49,089 nucleotides of DNA from the IMG/VR virus record IMGVR_UViG_3300032223_002681, positions 1 through 49,089 of that record. One strand, 5' to 3'. Positions 45,644 through 49,089 of the stretch are shown piece after piece; the first letter of the stretch is position 1; each line of letters begins with the position of its first letter. The DNA is from a virus. Taxonomy: Duplodnaviria > Caudoviricetes. The position numbers were made by a program, and so were the translations under genes. The notes under the pieces were generated by a model. That model searched no databases. It was given only the letters and a program-made list of their open reading frames with translations, and had not been told where the DNA came from.

Positions 45644-46122
45644 AGCGAGTAGCCTAATAGTCGAGTTTCCGGGTATCCGTTTTCGTTACAAAGTTCGTTC
45701 AATAATTCTTCAAATTTTTCTACGGTGTTCTCAAATCGGAGAACTAATTCAATTTCCTGAAACGGCAGGAAAAGAGTGTTGGCCATGCAAGGGGCCGCCC
45801 CCATAAGCCGGAGCCATTGACCCCGGTCGTGCATTTGGTCGTAGGCCATATCCCAGCACCGATCGGCCTCGTCACGAAGACTACGGAGCCCCGGATGGTC
45901 CGAGTGTGTGGGCATCTCGACATTTAACGGAGCGTCCTTGACCGCAGCGGGCCAGAATGATGGCCGGTTGGTCTCAAACTCCTCGTGGGTATAGTCGATT
46001 TTGCAGCGAGCTCGTGTAAGCGCTGGGAAGGCCCAGAGGAGCGCCGGGGCTAAGACCCGGCACTCCCAATAGCCTCTCACCTCGCCACGCACCGCTGAAA
46101 GGTGTGTGCAGGTGACTTCCAT
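45580..46122 (-). CDS. hypothetical protein, possibly degenerate ThyX-like
   Basis: W..AYDQM...LMGAAPCMANTLFLPFQEIELV resembles the phage ThyX segment LGxHKQxxNRLLEPF; the RHR signature is absent. Confidence 0.4.
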   Translation of the reverse strand: MEVTCTHLSAVRGEVRGYWECRVLAPALLWAFPALTRARCKIDYTHEEFETNRPSFWPAAVKDAPLNVEMPTHSDHPGLRSLRDEADRCWDMAYDQMHDRGQWLRLMGAAPCMANTLFLPFQEIELVLRFENTVEKFEELLNELCNENGYPETRLLGYSLCNQTIYQPKIPAPEWVLRLL

Positions 46123-46123
46123 G

Positions 46124-47062
46124 TTACCAAGCGAGGTCGCTGACGGCCTTGATGAACTCCTCGTTGTGGAATCCGCCAAACTTGATGACCGGGACGGTCA
46201 CCGTGTTGACCTTGAGCTTCGCACGCTCGCAGGAGTAGTTCCAGACGCCGCGGTGAAGGCCCTTGCCAAGGATGCCAGAGGCAGCCGTGAGCACGGTCTT
46301 GGCAGCGCGGCTGTAGGCGGCACCGTCCCAACGGATCTCAGCGATCGCGTAGAGGTTGCCCAGCAGCTCGATACCGAACGCCTCAGAACCCTCGACGAAG
46401 TCGGGCTTCTCGATGAGCGCCACGCAGGTGAGGCGTGGGAACACCGGGGGAGGGGTCTGGTCGTGCCACTCGGTCCAGAGACCCGCGGCCTTCACTTCCT
46501 GAGGAGAGTTGAAGGTTCGCTGCTCCTGACCGCTGCCGTAGGGTACGTCCTCGATGAACTGCTTGCGCGAGGCCAGCAGGGTCACCTTGAGAGGATCGTA
46601 TCCCTCCGCCCAGATTGCGTGCTCCTTGGCCAGAACGATCTGGCCGGGGGCGAAGCCGGCGTCCATGAGAGGTCCCACGGACTGGGAAAGCTCAAGGCGG
46701 GGGCGGTAGATGTCGGTCTGGTCGATGGGCCCCGTCACCTGACCCAGCACGAAGGCCGGGGCGGAGGCTGAGACGACAGCGATGGGGGCTTCTTCGCGCA
46801 CTACAATTTCCTGAGAAACGGGAGTCGCGGTAGCGGGTGCTGAGGTACCCTCAAGAATGTCGCCGTGGACGATCTCAATGTCGGTGGTTGTTGCCACAGC
46901 CTCAACTTCGACCGGAGCCGGAGCGACCTTGGGCGCCATAGGCTTTAGGCCGACTTTGGGGGTGGGTTTGACTTCCCCCAACTTGCGGGGTGCGGGAGCA
47001 GCCTCGGTGGAGGCTGCAGGGGACTGGGGCTTGCCCAGTGGTTTTAGTTCGGTACGTGCCAT
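46124..47062 (-). CDS. putative single-stranded DNA-binding / replication accessory protein
   Basis: Strong codon bias, position between nuclease and polymerase, disordered Pro/Ala N-terminus and a beta-rich core starting IYRPRLELSQSVG. Confidence 0.5.
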   Translation of the reverse strand: MARTELKPLGKPQSPAASTEAAPAPRKLGEVKPTPKVGLKPMAPKVAPAPVEVEAVATTTDIEIVHGDILEGTSAPATATPVSQEIVVREEAPIAVVSASAPAFVLGQVTGPIDQTDIYRPRLELSQSVGPLMDAGFAPGQIVLAKEHAIWAEGYDPLKVTLLASRKQFIEDVPYGSGQEQRTFNSPQEVKAAGLWTEWHDQTPPPVFPRLTCVALIEKPDFVEGSEAFGIELLGNLYAIAEIRWDGAAYSRAAKTVLTAASGILGKGLHRGVWNYSCERAKLKVNTVTVPVIKFGGFHNEEFIKAVSDLAW

Positions 47063-47108
47063 ATACTATGTTTCCTAGTTTGTTGTTTCTACTTTGTTTC
47101 TTCCTTGG

Positions 47109-47294
47109 TTAATCCAAAGAAAATCTAATTTCGTTTAAGCGATCACAAAAATCGCAACCTTGCTCGCCGCAATCATTGCAATCTCTTCCGCCGTAATCTC
47201 TCGCGAGTCGATAGGCTTTGTATGCGATAGTCTCTAACCCTTGCGTTTCCGCAAGCAATGCTTCGTATTGTTCGTCAGTGTATTTGTTAGACAT
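47109..47294 (-). CDS. small CxxC-CxxC protein
   Basis: DCNDCGEQGCDFC; AT-richer than its neighbours. Confidence 0.6.
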   Translation of the reverse strand: MSNKYTDEQYEALLAETQGLETIAYKAYRLARDYGGRDCNDCGEQGCDFCDRLNEIRFSLD

Positions 47295-47302
47295 AGTTTG
47301 TG

Positions 47303-48508
47303 TTATTTTGTTTTGGGTACTGACTTGCGCTTCAGGTAGCTGGTGCCTGAGCTCTTGAGGATCAGACCTTGATCGGAGAGGGCCTCTACGACCGCCTCCG
47401 CATACTTGGCCTTGTCACCTCGTGGGGCTCGGGACGATACCAGCGCCTTGAGCTCTGTCAATGACGGCTTCATCGTTCCGATGATTTCGTTGGCGGTCAC
47501 ATCGAATTTCTCCGATACAACCTTGACGACATCGACCGGGCTGATGAGGTCGCTTTTTCCGGCGGTACTCACCACCGAAAATCCGGGAAGTTCACCGACC
47601 TGCTCGTTCACTTCGAGCGCGTACTTCTTGAACTTCGTAAAGAATGCTTCCATCGCCGGGATGCAGGCGAGGAACTGTGCCACACGGACCGGGTCCGCGG
47701 AAGCCACGTCCCAATTCTGGCTGATCAGGGCCGGGATCATGGAAGGCGTGAGCTGCTCCTTGGGCTCCTCGTACTTGGTGATACCGGTATCCTCGACCGC
47801 GGACACGGTGGCGATGCCGAGCTCCTGCCACTTAGGGCAGCGACCTTGATGCCGGCAGCGTTCGCAGTTGATGGGGTCAACTCGGAGCAGGGACACGTCA
47901 TTGGTTTGCTCCCACTGGATGACGCGGTCGTGGCTGGCGCGAACAATCGAATCAAGGCGAGCAATATCCGAACGTACCCATTTGTGCGAGTCAAGGGTGT
48001 TTAATTTAGGCTGCACCATGTGAACCGTAATCGACTCAACCTGAGGGAACTCATTGAAGAGCCCGAGGGCGTAAATCATAAACTGAAAATTCTTTTCCAC
48101 GTCTGTGATTGCTCCCCAACCGAATTTGTAATCAACCATGTGCATCCCCAGCCCGAAGGGCGTGAAGCTAACGCGATCGGCGGTACCAAAATCCATGCCC
48201 TCAAAACCAAGAGGGGTAAGGTTGATCTTGTGCTCAGTTTTTAAGTCGGTATCCGGGAGGCTGCGGACATATTCAAGAGCCATGTTGACCCATTCCCATT
48301 CTTCTTTCTCAAGCGGAATCCAAGCCTTCTTCTTGGCCTTGGTATAGGTTACGGCAGCCGCGTCTTCGTCGCCGTTGTGTTCGCAGACCGCGTGCAGGCG
48401 GTCGCCTTGCTCGCTGGCCTCAGAGCTGCCGGGGTTACCTTTGTGGCCGGGGCAGATGTCCCGGGACTGAGCCCCAGAGGGGCCGTATTTGGCGTGTGCT
48501 GTTTCCAT
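47303..48508 (-). CDS. Cas4-like PD-(D/E)XK exonuclease (DUF2800-like)
   Basis: HAKYGPS...CPG, GDRLH, TEHK, FGTAD, VDYKFG, QFMIYALG and CERCRHQGRCP Fe-S cysteines. ATG at 48508. Confidence 0.85.
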   Translation of the reverse strand: METAHAKYGPSGAQSRDICPGHKGNPGSSEASEQGDRLHAVCEHNGDEDAAAVTYTKAKKKAWIPLEKEEWEWVNMALEYVRSLPDTDLKTEHKINLTPLGFEGMDFGTADRVSFTPFGLGMHMVDYKFGWGAITDVEKNFQFMIYALGLFNEFPQVESITVHMVQPKLNTLDSHKWVRSDIARLDSIVRASHDRVIQWEQTNDVSLLRVDPINCERCRHQGRCPKWQELGIATVSAVEDTGITKYEEPKEQLTPSMIPALISQNWDVASADPVRVAQFLACIPAMEAFFTKFKKYALEVNEQVGELPGFSVVSTAGKSDLISPVDVVKVVSEKFDVTANEIIGTMKPSLTELKALVSSRAPRGDKAKYAEAVVEALSDQGLILKSSGTSYLKRKSVPKTK

Positions 48509-48509
48509 A

Positions 48510-48698
48510 TTAAAATCTGATCGTTGTGCCGCATGCGGGCTGCCGGCGAATGGCTGAGTCACAGATATTGCGGAGTAAAGAATCGAGCTCAACAAGTGTC
48601 TCGGCAGAGACCCGCGTAAACGGGTGTCCGGGGCGAAGCTGTTTGGACCGCTCGATCATGTATTTTTTAATTGCGGCTTTGTTGAGGAGGCAGGTCAT
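48510..48698 (-). CDS. probable histone-fold protein (alpha1-L1-alpha2-L2, alpha3 absent)
   Basis: LLNKAAIKKYM / RVSAETLVELDSLLRNICDSAIRR / GTTI follows the prokaryotic histone pattern. Confidence 0.55.
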   Translation of the reverse strand: MTCLLNKAAIKKYMIERSKQLRPGHPFTRVSAETLVELDSLLRNICDSAIRRQPACGTTIRF

Positions 48699-49089
48699 TA
48701 GAGCAGAACGTCAAAGTTGATGTTGGCCCGAACGTAGGTGCTGCGTAGGAGCGTGTAGTCGTCTTCCGGTTGAGTAAGCGGAAAGCTCCAGTCAACGATC
48801 GGGTTGCAAGAGCCGTCCTGATAGACGAGACCCTCGTGAGTAAGAACCGATTCTTGACCGTAGTAGCGAGCGATCTGGGCGGCTAGGTCACGGGTAACCT
48901 CGGCCACCGGGTAAAGGATGACCCCCTCCTCTCCCTTTCCGCCGTACTGGCCGAAGACGTCTTCGTAGACGTAACCGAGATCCGTCAGGTTGCGCTTGAG
49001 TTGAACCAGCAGGGAAGCGTTCTCGACCGGCGAGAGCTGCTTGTTGTCCGGGTTCTGCGAGGTGAAGATGACCCACGTGGGGGTCTTGA
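48698..49089 (-). CDS. SAM lyase / DUF3293-like protein (5' end outside the window)
   Basis: The frame is open to the window edge: WVIFTSQNPDNKQLSPVENASLLVQLKRNL...GQYGGKGEEG...IARYYGQESVL. Confidence 0.6.
   Translation of the reverse strand, partial: KTPTWVIFTSQNPDNKQLSPVENASLLVQLKRNLTDLGYVYEDVFGQYGGKGEEGVILYPVAEVTRDLAAQIARYYGQESVLTHEGLVYQDGSCNPIVDWSFPLTQPEDDYTLLRSTYVRANINFDVLL

Noticed and set aside
47303-48508. Cas4-like gene as part of a CRISPR-Cas system
   Set aside because: No repeat-spacer array or other cas genes are visible; solo Cas4-like nucleases are common in phage replication modules.
427-49089. Stop-codon reassignment or intron/intein interruption
   Set aside because: Genes tile densely under the standard code, the tRNA is not a suppressor, and terL, PolA and the helicase are of normal length with contiguous motifs.

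Overview
The window is a large part of a tailed dsDNA bacteriophage genome with podovirus-like organisation; there are no host housekeeping genes, integrase or CRISPR array. The + strand (427-41701) carries terS, terL, tRNA-Gln(UUG), portal, scaffold, a block of four glycosyltransferase-like genes plus an HExxH peptidase, a structured leader, the major capsid protein, fibres, a lysis cassette (holin-like, lipoprotein spanin-like, GH108 endolysin), a metallophosphoesterase, tail adaptor and nozzle, ejection proteins, a 3110-aa modular polyvalent protein and a small ATP-grasp/Zn-hydrolase operon. The - strand (41698-49089) carries primase-helicase, family A DNA polymerase, a degenerate ThyX-like protein, an SSB-like protein, a Cas4-like nuclease, a probable histone-fold protein and a truncated SAM-lyase-like gene. 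The strongest candidates for novelty are: (1) the giant protein built from effector cassettes separated by a repeated [FY]LP[AK] linker, with a possible gene nested out of frame just before its kinase domain; (2) the ATP-grasp plus Zn-hydrolase operon; (3) the capsid-module glycosylation block; (4) the multi-hairpin RNA before the capsid gene; (5) the phage histone. All functional calls come from motif recognition and synteny by eye; no searches were run.
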